Assembly (NCBI GenBank): GCA_964016885.1
Contig: OZ024744.1
Span: forward strand, 55,304,001 to 55,368,000
DNA: 64,000 bases
Reading direction: 5' to 3'
Source: Eledone cirrhosa
Taxonomy: Eukaryota
The notes under the pieces were generated by a model. It saw only the letters and a program-made list of their open reading frames with translations, was not told the DNA's origin and did not search any database. Below, piece after piece: positions 23,419-35,740 of this stretch. Positions within the stretch are counted from its first letter, which is position 1, and each line of letters starts with the position of its first letter. A program made the position numbers and the translations under genes.

Positions 23419-25436
23419 ATAATAATAATGATTTCTTTATTAACCACAAAGGGTTTACATTAAGAAAACATTAAGGATGGTACAGAACAAAATATTGTGT
23501 ATATGTGTATGTTGGTGTGTGGGTTTTTTGTGTAAACAGGTTTAATGAAATAAAAAGGAGGTAACAATAAAAATTATAACAATGGGTATTCCTCAAAAGG
23601 GAGAAAATATCTAAAGGCTACTCATAGAAATAAACCCCATAAAACCATCGTTGCTCTGACTACTAGGGCAAATGTCTTCTCTCAGTTCTTCAGCTCCAAT
23701 TTACAGGCATATACTCAGGGTAGACCTGTTCACTTGGAGCATGCTTGTCACTCTCAGCAAAATGACGGGAAAGCAAAACTTCCCTCCTCACCCAGTTGAT
23801 GAGGGATTAGCCTAAGAGGAAAGTGTTTGTCTTCAGCCCCTCCAAATGCATCCACGATACAACCTCTTTCATCATGGCCACCAGGCATATAAAAACTGTC
23901 TGCTCTTCCCAGTTAAGTGAAGGTGGTGGGGCAATCTTCACAATGGATTCAGTTGATAGCCAGATCTGTCCTAGATGTGACAGCAGGTATTTGACATAAA
24001 CTCACAATTGAACAATATTTGGGCACTGGACAAGTTTGTGCAGGATGGTAGGTTTCATTGCCCTGTGTGCATCTTGGACGTGATTGGCTGATGGCACTTC
24101 CATGCCTGTAGAGTTTATCTCAAACCAGCAATGCTCCCTGGTAGCATTGTTTGAAAGTTCTCCAGGAAAGAACAGCTAGTTGATTGTCTTTGACACCCAG
24201 AGTTTCCTGAAGAATGATATCGCTTTCCCAAACACTAATCCTTTATAGAATGGCAAAGTGGATTTTCCACCAATTGCAGTGTCTGACTGGTAGAGGCCTG
24301 TGAGTGCTTGCCAAGCACTCCTTCTCAGTCTTTGCTTGACACAAGACTATAGTTTTGTGAAGGAGACGAGTTGGGGAAACACGTGTCTGACAAATGGTGA
24401 CCATACCTTTTCATCATCAAGAAAATGCTGGAGATGTCATAGCCTCAGTGTATGTCTGCACATTATCAACCGGGGCATACCCAGTCATCTGCACAACAGG
24501 TATTGACAGCATATGGCTTCTAACCATTAAAATGCATCCTTTCCACAAAAAGTGAAAGTGTAGGCATTCCAGTGCAGTTAGACATGGAATGGTCAAGCAG
24601 TAATAGATGATGGAAGCAATATATGCATTTATCACTTCTGCTCAACCTACCCGGGATAGTTTCCTTTCGACATATTTCTGAGTGAGTGTGACCACACTGG
24701 TTGTTACCTCGTCCCAGTTTTTGTTCACTTGGATATCTGGACTAAACCAGATCTCAAGTAACTTAACCAGCCCATCTGTCCAGTGCCCAATGACTGTTGG
24801 ATAGCATAGACTTGCTTCTCCAGGTGTCGAGCCACAGGCCTATCGATTTTTGTTGGTTAATCATTGCTCCTGATCACCACCTCGTATTCCTTTAGAGTAA
24901 AGTTAATCACCTCAATGTGTTTGGTGCTTGACACTACTATGGTAATGTTGTCAGCATATGTTGACATGGATCTCCCACATCCTATTTCATGTGGGATGCC
25001 CCTTAGTGCCTCTAACTTGTGTAGTAATGACTTGTATAAAAGAGTCAAAGGAGGCATCCTTGATGAACTGAGTGCATGATGTTGAATGACTCCAATAGGT
25101 GGCCACTCACTCTTACCATTGAGCGATGTCACTACATTACAGTAATCTCCTGAAAATAGAGCTGAAACTGGCCACTCTGCTAGATAGCAGGGATTGACCT
25201 TATCAAAAGCTTTCAATTGATCCAATTTTATCAGGGCCCCACTCTTGCCAGGTTCCTTACTTACCCTGTCTATGATGTATCACATGAGGTGGAGGTTGTC
25301 TTGTCATGGATATATCTGTCTGGGATGGTGCATATCTCAGGACCTTCCCAACCAGACTCTTGATAACAAGTGCCAACCTCTTTACCAACACCTTGGCCAA
25401 AATTTTGAACTCTGCATATTGCAGCATTATGGGCTG
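23419..25436 (-). mobile_element. Old degenerate Tx1 copy (RT to 3' end)
   Basis: (AAT)n tail; AEFKILAKVL, DQLKAFDKV, TYADNIT, FLWKG. Confidence 0.85.
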
Positions 25437-26673
25437 CAGCAAGGACCCGACTGTCATCCAACTACTGTTGCTGTCGGAGAAAGAAGAAGGAACGAGGAAA
25501 GAATCAACTGGATGAAGGAATTGAATAAAACTGTAATGAAATGTCATCTGAAAAGTGATCCCACTAAGAAAGGCTAAAGGAAACAAATGCATAAAATCTG
25601 GAACAATATTGGTCTATTTACATTAAGTGAACAAAAACTAGCAGGTCAGGCTTGTGTAATAAGAACTAATGGATGGAACTGAGTAGAGAGATTAAGCTGG
25701 AAATGGAAAGTGGAGTAGGTGAGGCAAATGAGCCAGTAAAAAGTGGAGCAAATTGGGCAAATGTGCCAGTAGAAAATGAGGATGAAGTAGTTGTGAGACC
25801 TGAGGAAGTAACTGAAGAAGACAATGATCTAATGGTTGAGATAAATAACATCTGGAGTAAAGGTACGACCATTGAGAAAATGAACGCTGATGTTGCTAGG
25901 GCAATATTTTGTTGATATTCTGAATTTAATGGTGGATGAAATGAATAATGATGGGGGAAAACCTATGAATCTAAAATTTGTAGACAGAAAAAAAGTTAAA
26001 TGAAACAACAGCTAAGGTAAACAGGGTCATCCCATACCTTGAGGTGAAGAATCCTTAACAGTGCAACAACATCATCAAATGAGAAAAACCTGCTTGGTAT
26101 CAAAACAAGGGAAAACAGACAAGAAAGGACAGAACCTTGGTGGAAGAAGAGGTTGGGTAATATGAGCCTTAAATGGGACATTGCAAAATGTAAATACTAA
26201 GGAAATACAACATTAAGAAAAAAGGGCTAATTGTTGTAATAGAGGAACTAAAAAAATCAAAAGATATAAGAACAGGGTTAACCATTATAGACAAAACCAC
26301 ATGTTTGACGACAACCAGAAGATGTTATTTGAACAGCTTGAAGTGAAAGAATGAGGCTACGATGCTATCCCTGAGACTGAAAAGACCAAGATATTTTAGA
26401 AAGGAATATGGGAGAAGGATAGATTGAAATTGTTAAAAAGGAGGTTAATGATCAAGCATACCAACAACCTAATTTGAGTATCCTGGTTGAAACCCTTAAA
26501 AAAGCAGGCCGATATGTTAATCAACTGGAGATCATCAGGCCCAGATGGTGTGCAAGGATATTGGACTAAAAATATAACAATCCTCCACCCGATACTGGCA
26601 CCATGTTCAGTGACTGCTTGATGTTTGGTGAAGTACTGCAGTAGTTAACAAGAGGTACTAGGGTTCTAATAAT

Positions 26674-26728
26674 TGTTTCTACTTTTGGCACAAGGCCAAC
26701 AATTATCCCAGTGTATTACTGGTACTTT
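26674..26728 (-). mobile_element. SINE 3'-tail insertion
   Basis: 10-bp TSD TTCTAATAAT at 26664-26673 and 26729-26738. Confidence 0.8.
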
Positions 26729-27616
26729 TTCTAATAATAAAAGACCAAGCCAAGGGAAATGATATTACCAACTATAGGCCTATCACATGTCTGTCCTTAA
26801 TGTGGCAATTGCTAAGAAGCATTTTGTCTGAGGAAATCTACGACTACCTTGACATAAACAACTTATTGCTGGAGGAACAGAAAGAATGCCGATAGAAGTC
26901 CCGTGGTACAAAAGACCAGTTACTTATTGACAAGATGATAATAAGGAACTTACTATGGGACGGATAGATAACAAGAAGGCATTCGACATGGTTCCTCATT
27001 CTTGGGTAATCAAGTGCCTAGAAATCTTCAAGGTGGCAAACAACATCAGACTGCTATTAAGCAATAGCATGAAGAACTGGGAAACAGAGTTAACATCCGG
27101 GGAAGAATCCTAGGGAGGAGTGAAAATTAAGAGAAGTATCTTCAGGGAGATAGTTTGTCCCCTTAGTTATTTGACCTTACCCTCATATCCTTGTCCCTCA
27201 TATTGCGAAAAGTGAGAGCAGGATACAAGCTGGGAAGAGGAGAGCTTACCATCAACCACCTCCTCTTCATGGACAACCTAAAACTCTTCGAGAATAACGA
27301 GGAGTTGTGTGTACTGTTCATATTTTCAGCAATTATATATGTATGGAATTTGTTGTTAATAAGTGATGAGGAGAGGCAAATTGAAGAGAAGCAAAGGAGT
27401 CAAGATATCAATGGGTGAGATGATAAAGGAGATCGACACCGAGGAAGAATATAGGTATTTGGGTTTTTTGAAGGCAGATAACTTGAAGGACAATAAAATG
27501 AAGGAGATAAGTTCTGAATACATAAGGAGAGTTAGGAAAATACTAAAATCACATCTGAATAGTAGAAATGCCATAAGTGCAGTAAATTCCTGAACTGTCT
27601 ATTATTAGTTACAATG

Positions 27617-27755
27617 GCGTAGAGTCATGGCCCTTTAAGTTCTGAGTTCAAATCCCGCCGAGGTTAACTTTGTCTTTCATCCTTACGGGGTCGATAAAAT
27701 AAAGTACCAGTAATGTACTGGGTAATTGCTGGCCTTGTGCCAAAAAGTAGAAACA
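27617..27755 (+). mobile_element. ATT-tailed tRNA-derived SINE, 5'-truncated
   Basis: GAGTTCAAATCCCGCC B box; 16-bp TSD ATTATTAGTTACAATG at 27601-27616 and 27756-27771. Confidence 0.9.
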
Positions 27756-27948
27756 ATTATTAGTTACAATGCAGGAATTCTTAAAAAGAATGTAAATGTG
27801 CAAAAAGAACTGGATAGAAAGACAAGTAAATTAATGACTAGGAGCGTTAGGTACTATCTTGAAGAGTTTCCAAGGCTGGTTAAAGAACATTAGCCCAGCC
27901 CCCTTTTTTTGGAACACCTTCAAAAGATGCACTTGTTGGAACAGCAAG

Positions 27949-28148
27949 NNNNNNNNNNNNNNNNNNNNNNNNNNNNNNNNNNNNNNNNNNNNNNNNNNNN
28001 NNNNNNNNNNNNNNNNNNNNNNNNNNNNNNNNNNNNNNNNNNNNNNNNNNNNNNNNNNNNNNNNNNNNNNNNNNNNNNNNNNNNNNNNNNNNNNNNNNNN
28101 NNNNNNNNNNNNNNNNNNNNNNNNNNNNNNNNNNNNNNNNNNNNNNNN
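27949..28148. other. Assembly gap (200 N)
   Basis: Run of N; the round size suggests a scaffolding placeholder. Confidence 0.98.
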
Positions 28149-28676
28149 TTTACGTCTGCTACCTGTGTACAACATGTAAAGAGAGAGGAGTAGTTTGACT
28201 ACCTCATACTACTCCACTCTCTTTACGTCTGCTAACTGTGTACAACATGTAAAGAGAGAGGAGTAGTTTGACTACCTCATACTACTCCACTCTCTTTACG
28301 TCTGCTACCTGTGTACAACATGTAAAGAAAGAGGAGTAGTTTGACTACCTCATACTACTCCACTCTCTTTACGTCTGCTACCTGTGTACAACATGTAAAG
28401 AGAGAGGAGTAGTTTGACTACCTCATACTACTCCACTCTCTTTACGTCTGCTACCTGTGTACAACATGTAAAGAGAGAGCAGTAGTTTGACTACCTCATA
28501 CTACTCCACTCTCTTTACGTCTGCTGTCTGTGTACAACATGTAAAGAGAGAGGAGTAGTTTGACTACCTCATACTACTCCACTCTCTTTACGTCTGCTGT
28601 CTGTGTACAACATGTAAAGAGAGAGGAGTAGTTTGACTACCTCATACTACTCCTCTCTCTTTACGTCTGCTACCTG
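28149..28676. repeat. 73-bp tandem repeat, 7 full units plus a partial, each with a 51-nt hairpin
   Basis: TTTACGTCTG starts at 28149, 28222, 28295, 28368, 28441, 28514, 28587, 28660. Confidence 0.97.
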
Positions 28677-29029
28677 CATGAATGTATGTGTGTGTAAAAG
28701 GACGGACAGGAAAGTGTGTCTGTGTTTGCATGTTTATACTTACATACTCATATATATATATAAATGTATGCATATATACATACACACATATACACATACA
28801 CACCAGTGTATGGAAAAAAATTCAAGATTTATAAATTTTTTCCAATAGAGAACCGGTTTCTAACATAGAAACAAGACTCTTACACTGGAATTCAGATATC
28901 AACTAACTAAATACATATGTCTGTATGTGTTTGTGTGTATGTATGTGAATGTGTGTGTGTGTATGTGTGTGCGTGCAGATATAGATGTTATTACATGTGT
29001 TATGCTTCTGCATCTATACACGTGTATAT

Positions 29030-30895
29030 GCAGTTATTACATGCAGAATTTATTAAATGTTTTACATAATTATAGAGTTCTATCAATGAAATGTACTTGC
29101 AACTACCTAACTCATTCAGGTTCTGTGAAGCCCAGCTTCTCAAGATATGTACTGAGACAGTAACATATCCATGAGCCTCAATAATCACAGGAACAAATCT
29201 AAAGGTATAGTTAGGTGGAGTATCTGCAAATTTCTCATTAGTTCTGCATAAAAGTTCTCCTTTCTTCACACAATAAATCAGTAAATCTTCAGCATTACAT
29301 TGACATCTGCTGGGTAGCTAACTTCCACTACTGTGCATGCCTTCTTTTCTCTGTCCCATGTCACTATGTCTGGTCTGTTATGCTTATATGTTATTGGGGT
29401 TTTGATTGGAAGATTCCACCAGTATTTTTTCATAAATGAATGTGTATATCTTCCACATCACTGTAACTTTTTTGTATGTTTATTATCAGAGCTATCCTTT
29501 ACATGGATTACATTGTACAGTGTTTTGGCCCCTATATCATACCTCATAGGTAGATAGTATTGTAATGACATCTTTGGACAGCTGCTTATGATGTGAGTGA
29601 CCCAATGTTTATTACACAAAGTCTACATCTGTTGTCACATCTAGGTGTTTTGTCTACGTCCCTATCATTTCTATGAATCAGGTATTTTGTAGTTATTTCC
29701 TAAACTTGGATTCCAAAAGTATCTCCTTCAAAGTGGGAGCCAATATAGCAGTTCTTGGTCCAAGATAGACTACTTTGCTTAGTTATATTACTTTCACTTT
29801 GGAGCTTACTGGCAACATAGCCATGCGTGATTTTTTGCTGATAAGCATGCAGTTTTTCATCCAGTGTCCCATAATGTGAATATACTGTGTCTGTGTTGTT
29901 TACATCCTACCACCTCCGCCCATGTTTTTCGTGGTCTACCTCTACCACGTCTTCCTTCAACTGGCATTTCCTAGCACTTCTTCACCCTTCGGTCATCCTC
30001 CCTACGCATCACATGTCCATACCATCGCAGTCTCCTCTCCCGCACACTACATTTTATCCCTCTCAGACACAGTTTCTCTCTCAACACATTTATGCTGGGT
30101 CGTTCTCGCACATTTACACTGCACATCCAACGGAGCATGTTTGCCTCATTTCTCTCCAGCCGTCGCATATCCACTGCAGTTGCTGCCCATGTCTCACTAC
30201 TATGCAGCATCGTGCTCCTCACACAGGCATCATATAACCGGCCTTTCGTACGCAGGGAGAAACCCTTCTTCGTCAGCAGAGGAAGCAGCTCCCTAAACTT
30301 CTTCCAACCCGTTCTTATTCTAGATACTATGGGCTCGGAACACCCCCCCCCCATGCTAATCTGATTTCCTAGGTACCGGAAGCTATCCACCACTTCTATA
30401 GCACCCACCTGCATTTGAAAAATATGTCTATCAATGCGACTTCTGCTGTCTAAATTCCCTGTACATCTATTGCATACGTACTTCTCCCTACCTGTTAGTT
30501 TACCTGCTATCCCACTACACCTTTGTGTACCCAGGATCTGCATTGTGTGCATTTTATAGAATTTATGCCAGTTCCTTTTCTGCATATCGAACATGGCCAT
30601 TTCCCTGGCGGAATCAGTTTTGTCCTCTTTTCTACTCATCAACACTTTTGTCTTAGCTAGGTTCACTCTCAGTCCTCCTAGTTACAAATGCCATCATAGG
30701 GTATATTTTCATCTATTCCTAAGTATCTGTAACATTCCTCATCAGATAGTGCTGAAACAGCCAAGACATTGATAGATATGTTCCTAGATTGGCTTGTAGA
30801 TTTTTCTCGCTCTACAATAATATAGGAAGGAACATTTAACCTGGCCAAAGTCTATTCCTATATCTTTTGAGAACGTTGTAACCAGGTCAAGGTTT
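29030..30895 (-). mobile_element. R4/Dong-clade relic (RT end and RLE), split by an RTE fragment
   Basis: Minus strand DEECYRYLGIDENI, EITTKYL, DNRCRLC..HIISSCPKMS..YYLPMR, YTFRFVPVII..HGYV; homologous to 38684-39313. Confidence 0.8.
29905..30680 (-). mobile_element. RTE LINE internal fragment
   Basis: NLAKTKV, VDSFRYLG, RLYDACVRS, SETW, RRLRWYGHV. Confidence 0.9.
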
Positions 30896-31105
30896 TTGTA
30901 TGTATGCATGTATGTATGTATGTAAGTAAGTAGGTATGTATGTGTTTATATATGTATGCATATGTTTATGAATGTATGTATGTATGTATGTAAGTAGGTA
31001 TGTATGTGTTTATATATGTATGCATATGTTTATGTGTGTATGTATGTAAGTAGGTATGTATGTGTTTATATAGGTATGCATATGTTTATGTATGTATATA
31101 TAGGT
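30895..31105. repeat. (TATG)n-type compound microsatellite
   Basis: Direct reading. Confidence 0.85.
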
Positions 31106-31277
31106 GTAAATGCCAGCCAGTTCTTTTGGTGGTTCATCCACAAAAAATGCTGTAATGTCAGCTACCCACACTGGAGTTCATCACAGCTGAGTGCTACTTC
31201 AGTCTAGTCAACATTCCACACATACACATGCAGCACATACACACACTCATATGCACTCACAGATAGGTATATAGACA

Positions 31278-31279
<2 letters not shown>

Positions 31280-31368
<89 letters not shown>

Positions 31369-31475
31369 TATCTCCCCCTCTCTCTCCCTCTCTCCCTCTC
31401 TCCCTCTCTCCCTCTCTCTCTATTTCTCTTTCTATCTATCTCCCCCCTCTCTCTCTTTCTATCTATCTAACCCCC

Positions 31476-31507
<32 letters not shown>

Positions 31508-31607
31508 CTATCCCCCCCTCTCACCCTCTCTCTCTATTTCTCTTTCTATATATCTACTCCACCCCTCTCTCTCTCTCTATATATATATATGATGATGATG
31601 ATGATGA

Positions 31608-31652
<45 letters not shown>
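31280..31652. repeat. (CT)n / (CTAT)n / (GAT)n / (TA)n microsatellite cluster
   Basis: Direct reading. Confidence 0.95.
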
Positions 31653-31653
<1 letters not shown>

Positions 31654-31911
31654 CACACACATTCACACACATTCTGACAGGCATAAATACATACATGTAC
31701 ACACACACACATACTGTCAAACAGATACATTCACTCTCAAACCGACAGACAGGTAGAGATTATCAGGTCTTGGAATTACATAACTCTGTTGTGTGTGTGA
31801 GTGTGAGTGTGTATATGTATGTGTGTAAATGTATGTGTGTGGCTGTGTGTATGTGTGTGTGCGCGCGCATGCACGCACGAATAATACATTCATAGGTAAG
31901 TATATATAATG

Positions 31912-31954
31912 GAAGAAGAAGAAGAAGAAGAAGAAGAAGAAGAAGAAGAAGAAG
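31912..31954. repeat. (GAA)n microsatellite
   Basis: Direct reading. Confidence 0.95.
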
Positions 31955-32242
31955 GGTGGTAGAGGAGGAGGAGATTGACGTTGTGACCAATGAGGAGGCA
32001 GAGGTTTAGGAGGGGAAGGAGGAAGAGGACGGGAGGGGTGGAGTGGAGTGGGGATCACAATATTGATGTAGAATGATATACACATGTAAACATCGCCTAT
32101 ATCAATACAGGCATTATTTTATTACTTTACTAATTTGGATAATATATTGAAATCTTTATTTCACTAAGGAGGTCCTATTAGAGTTAAACATGTCCAGAAT
32201 TGTCACATGTACATGCTATAATCAGATTAAAGTAACATTAAT

Positions 32243-32520
32243 CAGCATGGCCATGGGGTTAAGGGGTTTGCTTCACAATCACATTGCTTGGAGTTGAGTC
32301 CCACTGTGTGGCTCCTTGGACAAGTTGTCTTCTACTATAACTTCAGGTTGACCAATGCCTAATGAGTGAAACTTGGTCAACAAAACCTGTGCAGAAGCCT
32401 GTCGACTATATGTATGTCACTGTCTGAGTTTATGTATAGTATCTGTGTGTAGCAGTTAAACAAATACAATATCAATTAAATAAGTACCAGACTTGAAAAC
32501 AAAAGATACTAGGGTAGATA
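32243..32520 (+). mobile_element. Second tRNA-derived SINE family, diverged
   Basis: GCATGGCC..GGTTAAG A-box-like, GTTGAGTCCC B-box-like, CTTGGACAAGT..CTTCTACTATA core. Confidence 0.65.
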
Positions 32521-32690
32521 TCATCATCATCATTTCATTTTACGTCCACTTTTCCCTGCTTGCAAAGGTGGGACGGGAACTGATTCTGGCTTGATTTCTA
32601 CATCTGGATGGCCTTCCTAACGCCAACCTCATTTACAGTGAGTGCTGGGTGCTTTTTACCGTGGCACCTCCACGACCACTTTGCAGTGGA
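32521..32690 (-). mobile_element. RTE-tail-bearing non-autonomous element fragment
   Basis: (CAT)n; shares sequence with 42620-42872. Confidence 0.7.
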
Positions 32691-32753
32691 ATGATATGGA
32701 CCCCAGTCCCTATCATCTCATTTCTACAGCTGAGTAAACTGGAGCAATGTGAA

Positions 32754-32906
32754 ATAAAGTGTCTTGCTTAAGGAAACAACACATCAGCCAGTCTGAGAAT
32801 TGAACTCACAACCTTTCGATTGCAAGCCCAATGCTCGCAATCGAAAGGTTATGAGTTCAATTCTCAGACCGGGTGATGTGTTGTTTCCTTGAGCAAGACA
32901 CTTTAT
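32754..32906. repeat. 70-bp inverted repeat of a SINE head, 13-nt loop
   Basis: Arms 32754-32823 and 32837-32906, 66/70 complementary. Confidence 0.92.
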
Positions 32907-33287
32907 ATGAACTAAATCCCTTCAAAGTAAAGAATTAAAGAATAATGTTTCCTTCTCCTCACTTTGTAAATATTACCAAGTAAATGTTTTCCCCTGAAGT
33001 ATGATCAAGGCTTCCAGAAGAAATTTTGGAAAGTGAAACGAAACTGCTTTAGGTGTTTGTGTGGGGGCACTGATCTGAGATTTCAAAGTGGTTGAAATGT
33101 TATTTCTAGTGGATGGAGTCGGGAAAGGTTCAAGGCTTTCTAGGGCCCTGGACTGATGTTCCTACTGAATCCCCACCATCCATGTCATATAGGTCCTAAC
33201 TATGATAGCACTAACATGATTGCTAATTACATGGTTTTAAGTTTATCTCCACTACTTGCTTTAGTTTTCTTTCCCTGGCTGACTTAT

Positions 33288-33704
33288 CCCTTTAGCATTT
33301 AAACCGGCAATATCTGGCCAGAATTTCCTCACCTATTTCTGTTCAAACTGGCTGTAAACAGTCACTCATATTGATGTTAAGGTATTGTTCTCAAAATAAA
33401 CAGTATCAAAATCTCGTAGATTTGATATTATGTGAAATAATTATGTGATATAAAGTGTTTACTGTGAAAATACAATAGTATATAGAGAATAATGTAAATG
33501 CCCTTTAGCATTTAAATTCATATCCAGCCATAATTCTTTCATCTCTTTCTGTTCAAACCAGCTGCTCATACCAATATTAAGGTATTGTTCTCAAAATAGA
33601 TAATATCAAAATCTCATAGATTCAATATTATGTGAGATAATTATGTGAGGTAAAGCCTTTACCATGAAAATATAACAGTAAATAGTAATGTAAATGCTAA
33701 AGGG
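33288..33704. mobile_element. piggyBac-like MITE, internal tandem dimer
   Basis: TIR CCCTTTAGCATTTA / TAAATGCTAAAGGG, flanked by TTAT and TTAA; unit repeated at 33288 and 33501. Confidence 0.75.
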
Positions 33705-33959
33705 TTAAAACAGATTCCACTCACCTACTTCTTCATAGTTTAGAGAGGATTAACCTCAGTTTTAAAACCCACCCCACCCTGGAATTTAGAAGGTCAAAAT
33801 TATGATAGTAAGAGAAGAAAAAAAAATGGATGCAAAAATAGTTGTAAAAATAAGTACAGGAGTTGATATAGACTAAGCCCTTTCAAAGAAGTAGGATGGT
33901 TGTTGTCTTAATGTCTGGAACAAGTAAAAGAATAAAAGAATCATTCAGTATTTACACAA

Positions 33960-34110
33960 ATTGGCAGAGCCGTTAGAACGTTGGATAGAATGCTTTATGG
34001 TATTCATTCCAAATCTCTGCTCTTTGAGTTCAAATCCTGCTGAGGTCAATTTTGATTTTCATCCTTTCGAGGTCGATACAAAAAGTACCAGTTTAGCAGT
34101 ACTGGGGTTG
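33960..34110 (+). mobile_element. tRNA-derived SINE, diverged
   Basis: TGGCAGAGCCGTTAGA A-box-like, GAGTTCAAATCC B box, TTTCATCCTTTCGAGGTCGATA core. Confidence 0.7.
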
Positions 34111-34270
34111 ATTCTTCCTCTCTCTGGAAGAAATCTGCTCTACTCAGACCTGGAGAGGGATGGGATCTGCCAGGCTTAAAATGCTCAAGAAATGCTGCAT
34201 GTCAATATGGTGCCCCTATGCCTCTATCAGGAGTTATGGGACCATTCCATACTAATTAGTATGATCCATA

Positions 34271-34659
34271 ATTAGAGGTGGATATGAAGGCATTTATATC
34301 ATGTTTATGTATAATAAAACATATATAAGTCTTGCTTTGGTTGCTTTAATCTTTTAACATTTTACATTACTCTATATTTACTATTGTATTTTTATGGTAA
34401 AGGCTTTACCTCACATAATATTGAATCTACAATATTTTGATGTTATTTATTTTGAGTACAATACCTTAACATCAGTATGAGTGGCCGGTTATGGCCAGTT
34501 TGATCAGAAAGAGGTGAGAGAATTCTGGCCAAATTGTCTGGTTTAAATGCTAAAAGGTTAAGCTGCGACATGATCACAGCTTAAACAACCCATAGCAAGA
34601 CTTATATATGTTTTATTATATATGAACATGACATATGCCTTCTTATACACCTCTATTAA
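34271..34659. mobile_element. MITE with ~75-bp TIRs containing a nested inverted copy of the piggyBac-like MITE (~34355-34557)
   Basis: TAGAGGTG..ATAATAAAACATATATAAGTCTTGCT mirrored at 34580-34659. Confidence 0.7.
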
Positions 34660-34789
34660 CTGCTAGTTTATATGTGTTGTCCCTTTACTCCCCTATCAAC
34701 CATTGCCTTCCAAGCCCCCTACTGTTCCATTTCTCCCTTTCCTTCTTGTAATCTATGGGTCTTCCAGTGTCCTAAAAAAATGTATTAGA

Positions 34790-35150
34790 GTAGGCGGTGG
34801 TCTTGTAGTGGTCACTTCGGGAATCACTACTCGATGTAGTCAACTAAGACTGACAGAAATAGCAGCCAAATCTCCCTTAAACCATATCCTACTGTTAAAA
34901 AAGAAAAAAAAAGTGGCATTGAATAATATAATCCTCTTACAGGAAAATGATGGGATGGTCATGACTGGAAAGCCTTTAATCATAAAGCCTGCTTGATTAG
35001 CACTGACCCGGGGTTAAACAACACTGACATGGCTGTCACACCCAAATATCTGGATATATAAAACAACTTACAACAATAAGAACAACAGTATCAAGACAAC
35101 AACAAAACGGCAACAATAGCAACGACAACAACAATAACAACTACAATAAT
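34790..35150 (+). mobile_element. Retroposon 3' end with (AAC)n-type tail
   Basis: CTGACCCGGGGTTAAACAAC and a degenerate (CAA)n tract downstream. Confidence 0.4.
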
Positions 35151-35555
35151 AGCTAGAAATATCCATAAAAATCCCTCACAGTCTTGCCCACAAGTTTTCA
35201 ATATAGACAATAAAAGAAATATTAAAGAAATATATGATAGGGGCCAGCGCGGCGCGGGATGGGGGGGGGGGGGGGGGGCTTCAATCCAGCCCTATCTCCC
35301 TGTGATGGAGGTATCCCTCCTCATTCCTTTTTTACATCTAGATTTTGAGGTCATTGATATTTTTTTTTTTTTTTTTTATCTTGCATTGTTAGAATACTGC
35401 TAGAAGCAGTCCCATTTCTTATATACCTTCCAACAGATGAATGAAGACAACTGTCATCATATACTGACATCTTACACCATTTACTGATTTCAATCAGAAG
35501 ACAGCAACAGTGACCGTTTGGAAGGGTGGGGTCACTGCTTTGATTTGGTCAATGA

Positions 35556-35700
35556 CTAGCAGAATGGCCTGGCGTTGCTCGGGATTTGCTCTAGGATTCT
35601 TATATATTTAATATATATTTATCCTTATCGAGCCTCGTGAAATAAATACGTTTGTTTATATTTTGTTATTGTGTATGCAAAAAATCTGTACACGAATATA

Positions 35701-35740
<40 letters not shown>

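Larger units (their letters stand above)
25437..27840 (+). mobile_element. R4/Dong-clade non-LTR retrotransposon relic (N-terminus and RT)
   Basis: SEQKLAGQA..IRTNGW, EPWWKKRL, GPDGVQGYW, NYRPITCL, GTKDQLLIDK, KKAFDMVPHSW, INHLLFMDNLKLF, YRYLG across frames. Confidence 0.85.

Noticed and set aside
27831-28193. ORFs spanning X runs
   Set aside because: Artefacts of the N gap; sequence either side may not be contiguous
28149-28676. CRISPR-like array (palindromic repeat plus spacer)
   Set aside because: Linkers are essentially identical rather than unique, there are no cas genes, and the context is eukaryotic
30730-30750. CTGATGAGG hammerhead core on the minus strand
   Set aside because: It is coding sequence of the R4 RT (DEECYRYLG) with no stem II/GAAA geometry
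35430-35555. Possible host exon after CCTTCCAACAG
   Set aside because: The reading I tried stops after 16 codons and has no recognisable homology; small host exons elsewhere cannot be excluded without RNA data
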